A stretch of 64,000 bases of DNA. It comes from an uncultured Emticicia sp. GTDB lineage: Bacteria > Bacteroidota > Bacteroidia > Cytophagales > Spirosomataceae. Position 1 is the first letter of the stretch. Each line of letters opens with the position of its first letter. The stretch covers positions 46,784 to 110,783 of the forward strand of contig CALCZQ010000061.1 of NCBI GenBank assembly GCA_937903345.1, read 5' to 3'. Under the pieces are notes generated by a model. The model searched no databases, had not been told where the DNA came from, and was given only the letters and a program-made list of their open reading frames with translations. Shown here one piece after another: positions 38,911 through 48,818 of this stretch. Both the position numbers and the translations under genes were made by a program.

Positions 38911-40272
38911 TTATTTTAGCTTTTCAATAATTTGGTCTGGTTTTATCTTTTCTTGTTCACCCGAATTCATGTTTTTAAGTGTCAATTCGCCAGATTGCAT
39001 TTCGTCTGAACCTACAACGATTACAAAAGGAATATTCTTGCGATTGGCATAATCAAACTGCTTTTTGATTTTTGCAGCATCTGGATAAATTTCGGCGTTG
39101 ATTCCTGCATCACGCAATTTTTTTAAAATTGGTAAAGAATACTTTTCGGCTTCGACATCAAAATTGGTTATTAAAACTTTGGTTGTAACCGACTGATTTT
39201 CAAGAAACAAGCCCAATTCTTCCATTACATCAAAAATTCGGTCAAGGCCCAACGAAATACCAACGCCTGAAAGTCCTGACATTCCGAAAGTGCCAGTTAG
39301 GTTATCATAACGACCTCCGCCCGAAATACTTCCAATCTGCACGCCATTGGCTTTTACTTCAAAAATTGCCCCAGTGTAATAGCTAAGTCCACGTGCGAGG
39401 GTAATATCAAGTTGAGTTTTGGGTTTTTCTAAACCAAAACTTTGCACCAAAGACCAAACATTCTCCAATTCCTCAATACCTTTTAAACCAGTTTCGGAAT
39501 CCTTTAGCCAAGATTTTAATTTATCAAACACTTGGCTATCGGCTCCTTGTAATTCAAAAATTGGCTGTAATTTCTCAATAGATTCCTCAGAAAAGCCACG
39601 TTCACGTAATTCGTCTTCTACCTTTTCTTTCCCAATTTTATCCAATTTATCTATCGCAACTGTTAGCGGCACTTCACTACCCTTCACTCCTATTACTTCG
39701 GCAATACCCGATAAGATTTTGCGGTTATTGATTTTAATCGTAAAGTCTTTGATACCCAAATTTTGCAAAATTTCCTGCAACATCAATACGATTTCAGCTT
39801 CACAAATCAATGAATCAGTGCCTACAACATCGGCATCGCATTGATAAAACTCACGATAACGCCCTTTTTGTGGGCGGTCGGCACGCCAAACTGGCTGAAT
39901 CTGATAACGTTTAAATGGCATTACTAAATCGTTACGGTTCATCACCACAAAACGAGCAAACGGAACGGTAAGGTCATAACGCAAACCCTTTTCAGCAATT
40001 TTGGGCATGACTTTTTTGGAACCATCTTCTAAATCTTTCGGGGTCAAATCTTTTGAAAAATCACCCGAATTTAAGATTTTGAATAAAAGTTGGTCTCCTT
40101 CTTCGCCATATTTCCCCATCAAAACCGAAAGGTTCTCAATGGTTGGCGTTTCGATAGGTTGAAAACCAAATTTCTGAAAAGTATGCTTAATGGTATCAAA
40201 AATAAAATTTCGCTTGACCATCACTGAGGGCCCGAAATCTCTTGTTCCTCTTGCTAAACTTGGTTTACTCAT
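38911..40272 (-). CDS. hisS: Histidine--tRNA ligase
   Basis: RGTRDF, LRYDLTVPFAR, WRADRPQKGRYREFYQCD, ARGLSYYTG and GGGRYD. Confidence 0.97.
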   Translation of the reverse strand: MSKPSLARGTRDFGPSVMVKRNFIFDTIKHTFQKFGFQPIETPTIENLSVLMGKYGEEGDQLLFKILNSGDFSKDLTPKDLEDGSKKVMPKIAEKGLRYDLTVPFARFVVMNRNDLVMPFKRYQIQPVWRADRPQKGRYREFYQCDADVVGTDSLICEAEIVLMLQEILQNLGIKDFTIKINNRKILSGIAEVIGVKGSEVPLTVAIDKLDKIGKEKVEDELRERGFSEESIEKLQPIFELQGADSQVFDKLKSWLKDSETGLKGIEELENVWSLVQSFGLEKPKTQLDITLARGLSYYTGAIFEVKANGVQIGSISGGGRYDNLTGTFGMSGLSGVGISLGLDRIFDVMEELGLFLENQSVTTKVLITNFDVEAEKYSLPILKKLRDAGINAEIYPDAAKIKKQFDYANRKNIPFVIVVGSDEMQSGELTLKNMNSGEQEKIKPDQIIEKLK

Positions 40273-40414
40273 TATGTTTTTTTATTACAAGTATTTACAC
40301 GCTGATAACAATACCAGAAAATATTATACAGACGTTTTTTTACAATTATTTATTTCATTCACAAAATTAGCTTAAAAAAGTCATTGTTAATTATTAAATG
40401 TTAATTGATTTTCG

Positions 40415-40422
40415 TAGCTTTG
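40415..40422 (+). promoter_or_regulatory. Bacteroidota -7 promoter box
   Basis: TAGCTTTG(CAG), about 120 nt before the small basic ORF. Confidence 0.6.
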
Positions 40423-40539
40423 CAGCCTAATTTTGCTCCAAGTCCCTCGAAAAGGGTCTTCAGATATTCTAAAAAATTTTTTACTATACTCTGATTCTCC
40501 ATTAGTAAATGGGTTTTAGGGTCTAAAATACATAATACA

Positions 40540-40683
40540 ATGGCAGTAACACAGTTGAAGCGTAAAGCAAAAAGAAACCAAGCAGTAGCTAAAAATAGAA
40601 TTGCGACTATCAAACGTTTATCTTTGAAATTAGATGTTAAGCGTGTTGATATCGAGGCATTGAAAGCAGAATTCGCAAAATAA
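40540..40683 (+). CDS. Small, very basic 47-aa protein (missed by the ORF track)
   Basis: MAVTQLKRKAKRNQAVAKNRIATIKRLSLKLDVKRVDIEALKAEFAK. Has its own promoter box and terminator, and uses codons like those of highly expressed genes. Resembles a conserved Bacteroidota family often labelled 'spore protein' (from memory, unverified). Confidence 0.8.
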   Translation: MAVTQLKRKAKRNQAVAKNRIATIKRLSLKLDVKRVDIEALKAEFAK

Positions 40684-40701
40684 TTTTACTGTTTGTTTAT
40701 T

Positions 40702-40748
40702 GAACAATAAAAAAGAGATGCTCCTGGAGTATCTCTTTTTTATTGTTC
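40702..40748. terminator. Bidirectional terminator
   Basis: GAACAATAAAAAAGAGATGCTC-ctg-GAGTATCTCTTTTTTATTGTTC long stem. Confidence 0.85.
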
Positions 40749-40760
40749 GATAATGAAATG

Positions 40761-41120
40761 TTAATCTGATTGGGACTTTGAATTATCTATTTTTGTAATC
40801 GAGAGTTTGTGTTTTAATCTTTTTTCTTTTTGTTTAAGAGCTTTCTTAATTAGTTTTTTATTTTCTATTCTTACCTTAAAAATAATAGCTTGTCCAAATA
40901 TACATAAGCCACCATTAATAATAATAAGGCTGTAGGCACCTATCAAAAACCAACGCAAAAACGGAGCATTAGTGTGTTTTAGATTTGCGGCTTCGCTAAA
41001 AATACTTAAACCAAAACCAACTAGTAATAAGCTACCAATGGCACTCAAAAGCCATTTGGTGTAAAGACTCATTCGTTTCAACATTTTTTTTCCAGGTGGT
41101 TTTTTATTTTTAACTTCCAT
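40761..41120 (-). CDS. Hypothetical membrane protein (2 TM, basic tail)
   Basis: Two hydrophobic helices (KWLLSAIGSLLLVGFGLSIF; WFLIGAYSLIIINGGLCIFG). Confidence 0.6.
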   Translation of the reverse strand: MEVKNKKPPGKKMLKRMSLYTKWLLSAIGSLLLVGFGLSIFSEAANLKHTNAPFLRWFLIGAYSLIIINGGLCIFGQAIIFKVRIENKKLIKKALKQKEKRLKHKLSITKIDNSKSQSD

Positions 41121-41314
41121 ATTATAAAATCTTTATTGGTATCGGTGTAAAATCTAAGCACAAAAATAACTAATTTTGAGAAAAAAACAGAACAATTATT
41201 AATCGTTTGGAATTACGCTATCAATTGTCAACCTGTCTCGCAAACTGACTTGATACGATACTGATCACCATCAAGTATTATCTTTTTTAGCGTTATCTAC
41301 CCTAATTTAATGAT

Positions 41315-41992
41315 ATGCAGGAAGAAATAAGCAAGCATACTAAAAAAATTTATCATTCAATGAAAAACCAAAATTCTGCTTTTGGCGAAAAAATAAAAGA
41401 AATTTTTATTGAAATTTTTATCATCGTTTTTGCCGTAACATTTTCAATATGGCTACACGACTGGAGCGAGAAAAGACACCAACAAAAAGAAGTAAAAGAA
41501 TTTTTGATAGACATAAAGGAAGATTTGACAAACGATGTCCGTATTTTTGAAGCGTCATCAAAGAAACTCCAAGAAGTTTCAAAAAATTACAAATTAGACA
41601 ACAATAAAAATGATACAACTGGCAATGATGTCTTAGAGTTGATAATATTGCTTAGATTGCCAAATACTGGTAATTACGAAGGATTTAAGTCAAGCGGAAA
41701 AATAGGATATATTGAAAATAAAAACCTAAAAAAAGAAATTTTGTATTATTATCAGCAACTCATGCCACTGACATCTTTATTGGAGAATAAGTTTAATGAC
41801 AAACTTGAAAAACTAAATAATGAACTGAAGTTAGAGCCTAAAATAACCAAAAATATTTTAAACAAACCTATTTACAAGAAAGTGGCAAGCGAATATTTTA
41901 CTCAATTAAACCAAAGTATTAGTTTCTATCAAATAGATACTACATACGCTAAAAGTATTATTCAAAAAATTGAGAAAGAAATAAAAAAATAA
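41315..41992 (+). CDS. Hypothetical protein (DUF6090-like, N-terminal TM plus helical domain)
   Basis: EIFIEIFIIVFAVTFSIWLHDWSE...LIDIKEDL...GKIGYIENKNLKKEILYYY pattern. Confidence 0.6.
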   Translation: MQEEISKHTKKIYHSMKNQNSAFGEKIKEIFIEIFIIVFAVTFSIWLHDWSEKRHQQKEVKEFLIDIKEDLTNDVRIFEASSKKLQEVSKNYKLDNNKNDTTGNDVLELIILLRLPNTGNYEGFKSSGKIGYIENKNLKKEILYYYQQLMPLTSLLENKFNDKLEKLNNELKLEPKITKNILNKPIYKKVASEYFTQLNQSISFYQIDTTYAKSIIQKIEKEIKK

Positions 41993-42127
41993 AACAGGCA
42001 TTTTCCTATTGGTTAAGTAGTTGATGCTATTAAAATACTACTTTTACCATAAGCTAAACACTTGATTATCAGTATTTTTTTTCATTATCGTCTATCAATT
42101 CAATAAACATTTCAGAACTTTCAAATA

Positions 42128-42913
42128 ATGGGCAAAATTATTAGTTTTTTACTCCGATTTATACCTCGAAAATACCTTCAATTATTCAGCCATATTCCAC
42201 TCAAAATTTACACTTTTTTCTTGAAAGGGAATAACGTTGAATGCCCAGTTTGTGATACCAAACTTACCAAATTCTTGCCTTATGGCCGTTTAGTTTCTCG
42301 TCCGAATGCCCTTTGTCCAAACTGTTTAGCTCTCGAACGACACCGTTTGATGGCCTTATATATGAAACAGCGAACAAATTTTTACACTTCTGGACATTCC
42401 GGCGGTATTAGACTAAAAGTGTTGCACGTTGCCCCTGAGTATTGTTTCATTGACCGTTTTGAAGCAATGGAAAATTTGGAATACATCACAGCCGATATTG
42501 AGTCGCCATTAGCAAAAGTAAAAATGGATATTCACGAAATTCCGTTTGAAGCAAATACTTTTGATGTGGCGATTTGCAATCACGTAATGGAACACGTCAA
42601 TGATTATCACAAAGCAATGTCAGAACTATATAGAGTTTTAAAACCAAACGCTTGGGCAATCATCCAATCGCCACAAGACTGGACAAAAGCACATACTTTT
42701 GAAGACCCAACCATCACCGACCCGCGAGAACGTGAGCGAGTTTTTTGGCAGAATGACCACCTTAGGCTATTCGGTCGTGATTATGGTCGTGAACTCGAAA
42801 AAGCTGGTTTTACGGTAACAGAAGATGATTTTGTAATGAAAATGCCAAAAGATTTAGTGATACGATACTCATTACCCAGTGAAGAAATTGTTTATTTTTG
42901 TGAGAAAAAGTAA
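42128..42913 (+). CDS. Class I SAM-dependent methyltransferase with N-terminal Zn-knuckle
   Basis: CPVC...CPNC.ALERHR, VLHVAPE, FDVAICNHVMEHV and ELYRVLKP. Confidence 0.88.
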   Translation: MGKIISFLLRFIPRKYLQLFSHIPLKIYTFFLKGNNVECPVCDTKLTKFLPYGRLVSRPNALCPNCLALERHRLMALYMKQRTNFYTSGHSGGIRLKVLHVAPEYCFIDRFEAMENLEYITADIESPLAKVKMDIHEIPFEANTFDVAICNHVMEHVNDYHKAMSELYRVLKPNAWAIIQSPQDWTKAHTFEDPTITDPRERERVFWQNDHLRLFGRDYGRELEKAGFTVTEDDFVMKMPKDLVIRYSLPSEEIVYFCEKK

Positions 42914-43296
42914 TGAAAACGCTCAGATACATTTTTCTGGTCACAGATATCGGTTTCATAATTTATTGGCTTATTACATTACTGAAATTTATTCCTGACG
43001 AATATCTTTATCAAGATTATACAAATGAACTTTTAATAGCTTGGAATTGGAGCTTTTTCCCGCTTGATATTTGCGTTTCATTTACAGGTTTATTGAGTTT
43101 ATATTTATGGGAAAAGCAAAACGATTCTTGGGAAAAATTAGCTTTAATCTCCTTGATATTAACTTTTTGTTCAGGTTTACAAGCTATCTCTTTTTGGATT
43201 ATTCGAAAAGATTTTGATATAACATGGTGGCTTCCCAATCTTTTTTTGGTGATTTACCCTCTATTCTTCATCCATAAAATTCTAAAAACCAAATAA
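42913..43296 (+). CDS. YvaD/DUF5360-family membrane protein
   Basis: TDIGFIIYW...EYLYQDY...AWNWSFFPLD...TFCSGLQAISFW. Confidence 0.75.
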   Translation: MKTLRYIFLVTDIGFIIYWLITLLKFIPDEYLYQDYTNELLIAWNWSFFPLDICVSFTGLLSLYLWEKQNDSWEKLALISLILTFCSGLQAISFWIIRKDFDITWWLPNLFLVIYPLFFIHKILKTK

Positions 43297-43306
43297 CATT
43301 CAACCT

Positions 43307-44059
43307 ATGAGATTTAAAGACAAAGTAGTAATTATTACTGGTGGAAACTCTGGAATTGGTAAAGCAACAGCCATTATGTTTGCCAAAGAAGGAGCAAAAG
43401 TAATGATTTCCGATTTATCAGAAAAAATGGGCGATGACCTCGTTGAGGAAATAGAAGCTACTGGCAGCGAAGCATCATACATTAGAGTAAATGTAACAGA
43501 CCTTGCGGATGTGAAACGGATGATTGAGCAAACTGTTGCTCGTCTCGGCAGATTTGATATTTTGGTGAATTCGGCAGGAATTCTCGGGCCACGTATTCGC
43601 ACTGATAAATATCCTGAAGAAGATTTTGATAAAGTAATTAATGTAAATGTAAAAGGCCTTTGGAACTGCATGAAAGTTGCTTTACAGCATTTCATAACAC
43701 AACGTAGTGGAAATATAGTCAATATTGCTTCAGTGGCTGGGCATTTGGGAATGGTCGGACACATTGCCTATTCGGCAAGTAAACACGCCGTGATAGGAAT
43801 GACTAAAACTGCGGGAATTGAGTATGCCAAACATGGTATCAGAATCAACGCTGTTTGTCCTGGATTTACTCAAACGCCAATGTTAGAAGGAGCAGATAGT
43901 GATGTTGCCTATATGGAGGCACTTCAATATGCAACGCCTATGAAACGCTTTGGCAAACCAGAAGAAATTGCAAGTGCAATTTTATATTTAGCCGCCGATG
44001 AATCTTCGTTTATGACAGGGCAGAGCATGATTTTAGATGGAGGGCTGATTTTGCAGTAG
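43307..44059 (+). CDS. SDR-family oxidoreductase
   Basis: TGGNSGIG, NSAG, YSASK (YxxxK) and IRINAVCPG. Confidence 0.93.
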   Translation: MRFKDKVVIITGGNSGIGKATAIMFAKEGAKVMISDLSEKMGDDLVEEIEATGSEASYIRVNVTDLADVKRMIEQTVARLGRFDILVNSAGILGPRIRTDKYPEEDFDKVINVNVKGLWNCMKVALQHFITQRSGNIVNIASVAGHLGMVGHIAYSASKHAVIGMTKTAGIEYAKHGIRINAVCPGFTQTPMLEGADSDVAYMEALQYATPMKRFGKPEEIASAILYLAADESSFMTGQSMILDGGLILQ

Positions 44060-44093
44060 CGTACTTTTATTTAACCATGCACTAAATAGATTT

Positions 44094-44279
44094 ATGAAGC
44101 GGCTATATATTAATCGTAAATATTTTATTACGTTCATTATGAGTACAGTAATGACGCTAATTATTGAATATATTTTACCCGAAAAAGCAGTAGATAATTT
44201 GATTAAGTACTTCATCGGTGGTTTCGCAATTGGTAGTTTTGTGGCTATGTTTTTTGTGAAATACAAAGATTCGGATTAA
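44094..44279 (+). CDS. Small hypothetical 2-TM protein
   Basis: 61 aa with two hydrophobic segments; fills the gap between two co-oriented SDR genes. Confidence 0.5.
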   Translation: MKRLYINRKYFITFIMSTVMTLIIEYILPEKAVDNLIKYFIGGFAIGSFVAMFFVKYKDSD

Positions 44280-44303
44280 AATTGTTCAACAACAAAACCA
44301 ACT

Positions 44304-45065
44304 ATGAAAAACACATTCGATTTAACAAATAAAGTGGCCGTAATTACGGGTGCGAGCAAAGGGATTGGCGAGGCCATTGCCCGAATATATGCTGCTTATG
44401 GAGCAAAAGTGGTCATTAGTAGTAGAAAACAAGCCGATTTAGATGAATTAGCTTCCGAAATAAATGCCGAAGGTGGCGAATGCTTAGGCATTGCCGCAAA
44501 TACTGGCGATATGGCTCAGCTCCGAAATTTGGTTGATAAAAGCGTAGAAATTTACGGCGGAATTGATATTTTGGTCAATAATGCTGCTACCAATCCGGTT
44601 TATGGGCCATCACTCGATTGTTCGGAAAGTGCTTTTGATAAAATCATGCAAGTGAATGTAAAAGCTCCTTTTGAACTAGCAAAAATGGTGCATCCAATCA
44701 TGAAATCTCGCGGTGGTGGAAGCGTAATAAATATCAGTAGTATCGCTGGTACTACACCCGACCCAGGTTTGGGAATGTATAGTGTGAGTAAGGCTTCGTT
44801 GAATATGCTAACCAAAGTTTTGGCCAAAGAATGGGGAACAGATGGCATCAGAGTAAATGCAATTGCCCCAGGTTTGATAAAAACAAAATTTAGTCAAGCA
44901 CTTTGGGACAACGAAAAAACTTTGGCTCATTTTACAAAAAACCTTCCGATTGCCCGCATGGGAAGTGTAGAAGAAATTTCGCCTATGGCACTCTATTTGG
45001 CTTCGGCAGCATCTGGCTATACAACAGGCGGAATTTTTGCTATTGATGGCGGTACGATAATTTAA
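44304..45065 (+). CDS. SDR-family oxidoreductase (DHRS4-like)
   Basis: TGASKGIG, VVISSRKQ, NNAATNPVYG, YSVSK and IRVNAIAPGLIKTKFS. Confidence 0.93.
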   Translation: MKNTFDLTNKVAVITGASKGIGEAIARIYAAYGAKVVISSRKQADLDELASEINAEGGECLGIAANTGDMAQLRNLVDKSVEIYGGIDILVNNAATNPVYGPSLDCSESAFDKIMQVNVKAPFELAKMVHPIMKSRGGGSVINISSIAGTTPDPGLGMYSVSKASLNMLTKVLAKEWGTDGIRVNAIAPGLIKTKFSQALWDNEKTLAHFTKNLPIARMGSVEEISPMALYLASAASGYTTGGIFAIDGGTII

Positions 45066-45073
45066 GAGAGATT

Positions 45074-45158
45074 TTCGGCAATCGGCTTTCGGTTGTCTGC
45101 TTTATTTTAAGATTTAAACTTGTACAAATTCCGATGGCTGACCGCCTAAAGCCGAAGT
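45074..45158. repeat. 7-bp periodic inverted repeat
   Basis: Left arm ttcggca/atcggct/ttcggtt/gtctgct. Right arm ccgatgg/ctgaccg/cctaaag/ccgaagt, whose reverse complement fits the same (t/a)tcggc consensus. Confidence 0.6.
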
Positions 45159-45164
45159 AAAAGA

Positions 45165-45980
45165 ATGAGCGTTTGCGTAATAATTCCGATTTATCAAGAA
45201 AAACTGAGTAAGACCGAAGAAATTTCGCTTGCACAGGGAATACGTGTGTTAGGGCATTATCCGATTATTGTAATCAAGCCAAAATCTCTGAATATCAATT
45301 ATTTACAGCAACCATATTCACAGATACAATTTGAGTCGTTTGACGATTCTTTCTTCAAAAGCACACTTTCTTATAATAAACTCATGCTTTCAGAAGAATT
45401 TTATAGTCGTTTTTTGAAATACGAATATATGCTTATTTATCAGTTAGATGCTTTTGTTTTTCGCGATGAACTTAATTATTGGTGTCAGCAAGGATATGAT
45501 TATATTGGAGCTCCTTGGAGAATTGAGATAGATTTTGATTCTAAAGTCAAGGAATTTATTTGGAACGCAAAGAAGAAAATCGCTCTGTGGTTCGACCTAA
45601 AAGAAGAACTTTATGGCAAATACGGCCCGAAAGAAATCATTATTAAACGAACCGTAGGTAATGGTGGATTTTCGTTGAGAAAAACTAAGAAATTACTTAG
45701 TATGATTCCAAAAAACCAGCAAAAAATTGAAGAATATCTCGAAAAAGTGAAGACTCACCCTGCATATAATGAAGATATGTTTTGGGGAATTGAGTTGAAC
45801 CGTTATGTTCCACAACTAAAAATCCCCAACTGGCGAACAGCACTAAAATTTGCCGTTGAGCACATGCCCGAAAAAGCATTTCGCCTCAATGGAGGCCTGC
45901 CATTTGGCTGCCACGCATGGGATATTTATGAAACTGATTTTTGGAAAAAAGAGATAGAAAAGTTGGGCTATAAATTTTGA
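45165..45980 (+). CDS. DUF5672-family glycosyltransferase-like protein
   Basis: YNKLMLSEEFY, LIYQLDAFVF, YDYIGAPW, VGNGGFSLR, NEDMFW, ALKFAVE and PFGCHAW. Confidence 0.85.
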   Translation: MSVCVIIPIYQEKLSKTEEISLAQGIRVLGHYPIIVIKPKSLNINYLQQPYSQIQFESFDDSFFKSTLSYNKLMLSEEFYSRFLKYEYMLIYQLDAFVFRDELNYWCQQGYDYIGAPWRIEIDFDSKVKEFIWNAKKKIALWFDLKEELYGKYGPKEIIIKRTVGNGGFSLRKTKKLLSMIPKNQQKIEEYLEKVKTHPAYNEDMFWGIELNRYVPQLKIPNWRTALKFAVEHMPEKAFRLNGGLPFGCHAWDIYETDFWKKEIEKLGYKF

Positions 45981-46039
45981 TTTGCTCTACTCATTTTAAA
46001 ATGATAAGTTGAAAATCTTTCCTTCGAAATAAACACTTT

Positions 46040-47215
46040 ATGAGAAATTATTGCGGAACACCTCGAGAAACCATCCCTTTTAAAATCATGGATTTTTTTG
46101 TGGATATTTATGCAAATCTTTTCTACAAAAAACGAAATTTAGCACCTATCAATCATGAAGCACCTCGAATCTTGGTAGCTTCATTGGGTCATTTGGGTGA
46201 TGCCCTCACAGTGACTTATATGTTTCCTCTCATAAAGAAAACTTACCCAAATGCAACAATTGATTTATTGACAGCCCAATGGTGCGAGCCTGTGAATCTG
46301 CATAATCCATACATCAATCAAACCATCTATATTGATCATTTTCAAACAAACCGACGTAAGCTTTCACGTTGGGATAAAATTAAAGCTTTTTACCAAACAT
46401 TTCGTCAGGCTTTACCAGCACTTCGCCAAGCCGACTATGATTATTACATCGATATTCGTTATACTGATGCAGTGGCCCATTTTGTTTTGCCTTTTATCAA
46501 AGTAAAAAAAGCTTTTGGTTTTTCAAGACGTGCATTGGGTGGACTTTTAGATAAGGAATTTGATGTACCCACGCACGAATTCCATCATTTTGAAATGTAT
46601 TTTATGCTATTGCGTGAAATGGGAGTAAAAGGCACTTTCACTGACATTGAACCTTACTTCCCGATACCTGTAGGCGTAATTTTTGAAAAAGTACAAGAAA
46701 AAATCGGTTTAGCGAATGAGCCTTTTTTTATGCTTTTTCCAGAAGCTGGCGGTGAAAGCAGGCAACTTTCAGTAGAATTTTGGGCGAATTTAATTGAACA
46801 AATTTTACATAAATATGCTATAAATGTTTTGTTGTGCGGACAAACTTCCATGTCAAAACAAATTTTAAATTTGGTTGCAGATACCTTCAAAAACCAAGTT
46901 ATTGATACTTCGGCCAAAATCAACATTCAAGAAATAGCCGTTCTATCACAAAATGCTAAGTTTGCACTTACACTTGATTCTTTTCCTGAGCATTTTTGTT
47001 GTGTTTTCTGTAAAACTATTACGATTTATAAAGGAGCTGGCCTACCGTTTTTTCCATTGGCCAACTTGCCTGTTTACCTCATTCATAACCACAAACCAAG
47101 CCTTGGATTGCCATTTGAGCGAGAAAATGTAGAGATTGTGTTTCACGCAAATGTTGAAACTGATACAGTAAAAACATTAGTTTTTAACAAAATAAGCACC
47201 TTTTTAAATGAATAA
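46040..47215 (+). CDS. GT9 (heptosyltransferase-like) glycosyltransferase
   Basis: GHLGDAL.....L.KK.YPNATID N-terminal motif and LTLDSFPEH (xxDSxxxH). Confidence 0.8.
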   Translation: MRNYCGTPRETIPFKIMDFFVDIYANLFYKKRNLAPINHEAPRILVASLGHLGDALTVTYMFPLIKKTYPNATIDLLTAQWCEPVNLHNPYINQTIYIDHFQTNRRKLSRWDKIKAFYQTFRQALPALRQADYDYYIDIRYTDAVAHFVLPFIKVKKAFGFSRRALGGLLDKEFDVPTHEFHHFEMYFMLLREMGVKGTFTDIEPYFPIPVGVIFEKVQEKIGLANEPFFMLFPEAGGESRQLSVEFWANLIEQILHKYAINVLLCGQTSMSKQILNLVADTFKNQVIDTSAKINIQEIAVLSQNAKFALTLDSFPEHFCCVFCKTITIYKGAGLPFFPLANLPVYLIHNHKPSLGLPFERENVEIVFHANVETDTVKTLVFNKISTFLNE

Positions 47216-48464
47216 AGTCATTTTAGAAACATCAGTTTTGGGCTTGGGCTACTTCCATGAACAATCTCGTACAGGAATTTTCAGAGTTGCTGAAGAACTT
47301 TTCAAAGGCTTGTATTCTAGTAATGAAATAGAACTTTCGTTGGCAAATACCGAAAATTTGCCTGAAATGATAAGTTATTTAAAAAAACATTTTCCAGAAT
47401 CAACATTTAATTTAGTCAATAAAAAATCAGATAAAGTTAGAGCCAAATTTGAGAGCTCGATTATTTCTATTTTTCCGTTTAAATCATTTTCTCAAAAGGC
47501 TGTTAGAGAGGCTTTTGTGCGTACTCGTGGGTATCTTAAACCAAAATTTTCGTTCAATCCAATTTCTTTTGAGAACTACAATATTTATCATTCACCATTT
47601 TTGCCAATTCCGCAGGAATTAAAGGGATTTTCAAAACCTAAAAAAATCATTACGATTCATGATTTGATTCCGCACCTGTTTCCACAATATTTTGGTGAAT
47701 GGAACAAAATGATAATGCATAAAATTTTGGAAAGCATCGATAAGGATACAACACCTATTTGTGTTTCGGAAGCCACAAAAAATGATTTATGTGAAGCAAC
47801 TGGTATTTCACCCGAACGTGTTTCGGTGATACATTTAGCTGCCTCGAAGGAGGTTTTTTATCAAGAAAAAGACAAATCAAAAATAGAAAAAATTCTAAAA
47901 AAATATAATATTTCAACTGAAAGCAAACACCTCCTTTCAGTTTCTACCTTAGAGCCTCGCAAAAATATCGAACGTACGATAAGGGCTTTCTTGAGACTCA
48001 TCCAGCAAGAACATATCAAAGATTTAAACTTAGTGCTGGTTGGCACAAAAGGCTGGCAGTTTACTAGTATTTTTGACGAAATAAAATCGAATCCTGCATT
48101 AAAAGAACGAATTATCACAACTGGCTTTGTGGCAGATGAGGATTTGGCAGCTTTATATTCTTCGGCTATTGGATTTGTTTATCCTTCGCTTTATGAAGGT
48201 TTTGGGCTACCTCCACTCGAAGCTATGCAATGCGGAACTCCTGTAATTTCATCTACAAAAAGTTCAATTCCAGAGGTGGTTGGCAATGCTGGAATTTTGG
48301 TTGAACCAACCGATGAAACCTCCATTTCGGCGGCTATGTTGGAATTTTATCAAAATGCAAATCTTAGAGATGAGTTAAGCAAAAAAGCCCTTTTACAAGC
48401 AGCCAAGTTTTCTTGGAGAAGATTTACCGACGAACATATTAAAATCTATCAGCGATTTTCCTAA
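47208..48464 (+). CDS. GT4-family glycosyltransferase
   Basis: ITIHDLIP, TLEPRKN and YPSLYEGFGLPPLEAMQCGTPVI (EX7E). Overlaps the GT9 stop by 8 nt. Confidence 0.92.
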   Translation: MNKVILETSVLGLGYFHEQSRTGIFRVAEELFKGLYSSNEIELSLANTENLPEMISYLKKHFPESTFNLVNKKSDKVRAKFESSIISIFPFKSFSQKAVREAFVRTRGYLKPKFSFNPISFENYNIYHSPFLPIPQELKGFSKPKKIITIHDLIPHLFPQYFGEWNKMIMHKILESIDKDTTPICVSEATKNDLCEATGISPERVSVIHLAASKEVFYQEKDKSKIEKILKKYNISTESKHLLSVSTLEPRKNIERTIRAFLRLIQQEHIKDLNLVLVGTKGWQFTSIFDEIKSNPALKERIITTGFVADEDLAALYSSAIGFVYPSLYEGFGLPPLEAMQCGTPVISSTKSSIPEVVGNAGILVEPTDETSISAAMLEFYQNANLRDELSKKALLQAAKFSWRRFTDEHIKIYQRFS

Positions 48465-48471
48465 TCCCAAC

Positions 48472-48816
48472 TTATAATTGTATATATTTAGCCACTAATC
48501 TCTGAGGAGCAGCCTCGGAATAGGCAGCAGTAAGAGCATCATTCAAAAATTCATCATCCAATTTATTGAGAAGAAAATGTGTCCATCCATGTTTACCCCA
48601 TTTATTTGGTACAGGAAAAACTGCAGTTTTATCGCCATACATGGAAAAGATAGATTGATCGTTTTCTGAAAGTTTCAAAGTAGCTCTTCGTTGTTTTTCG
48701 TTGAGGGTAGCAAATGTTTTCTTTTTTATAAGAAACGAAATCTTACCGATATGCAGCTGTTCTTCGCTTTCATCAAAAGCTAAGGCTAATTTTCGAAAGG
48801 TTTGTACTGTAATCAT
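48472..48816 (-). CDS. MmcQ/YjbR-family protein
   Basis: FRKLALAF..SEE, KKTFATL and VPNKWGKHGWT. Confidence 0.8.
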   Translation of the reverse strand: MITVQTFRKLALAFDESEEQLHIGKISFLIKKKTFATLNEKQRRATLKLSENDQSIFSMYGDKTAVFPVPNKWGKHGWTHFLLNKLDDEFLNDALTAAYSEAAPQRLVAKYIQL

Positions 48817-48818
48817 AA

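Noticed and set aside
43300-43764. 154-aa antisense ORF over the first SDR (also 44600-44848, 52432-52938, 55106-55435 and similar)
   Set aside because: Typical shadow ORFs opposite conserved genes, with no motifs, promoter or independent support.
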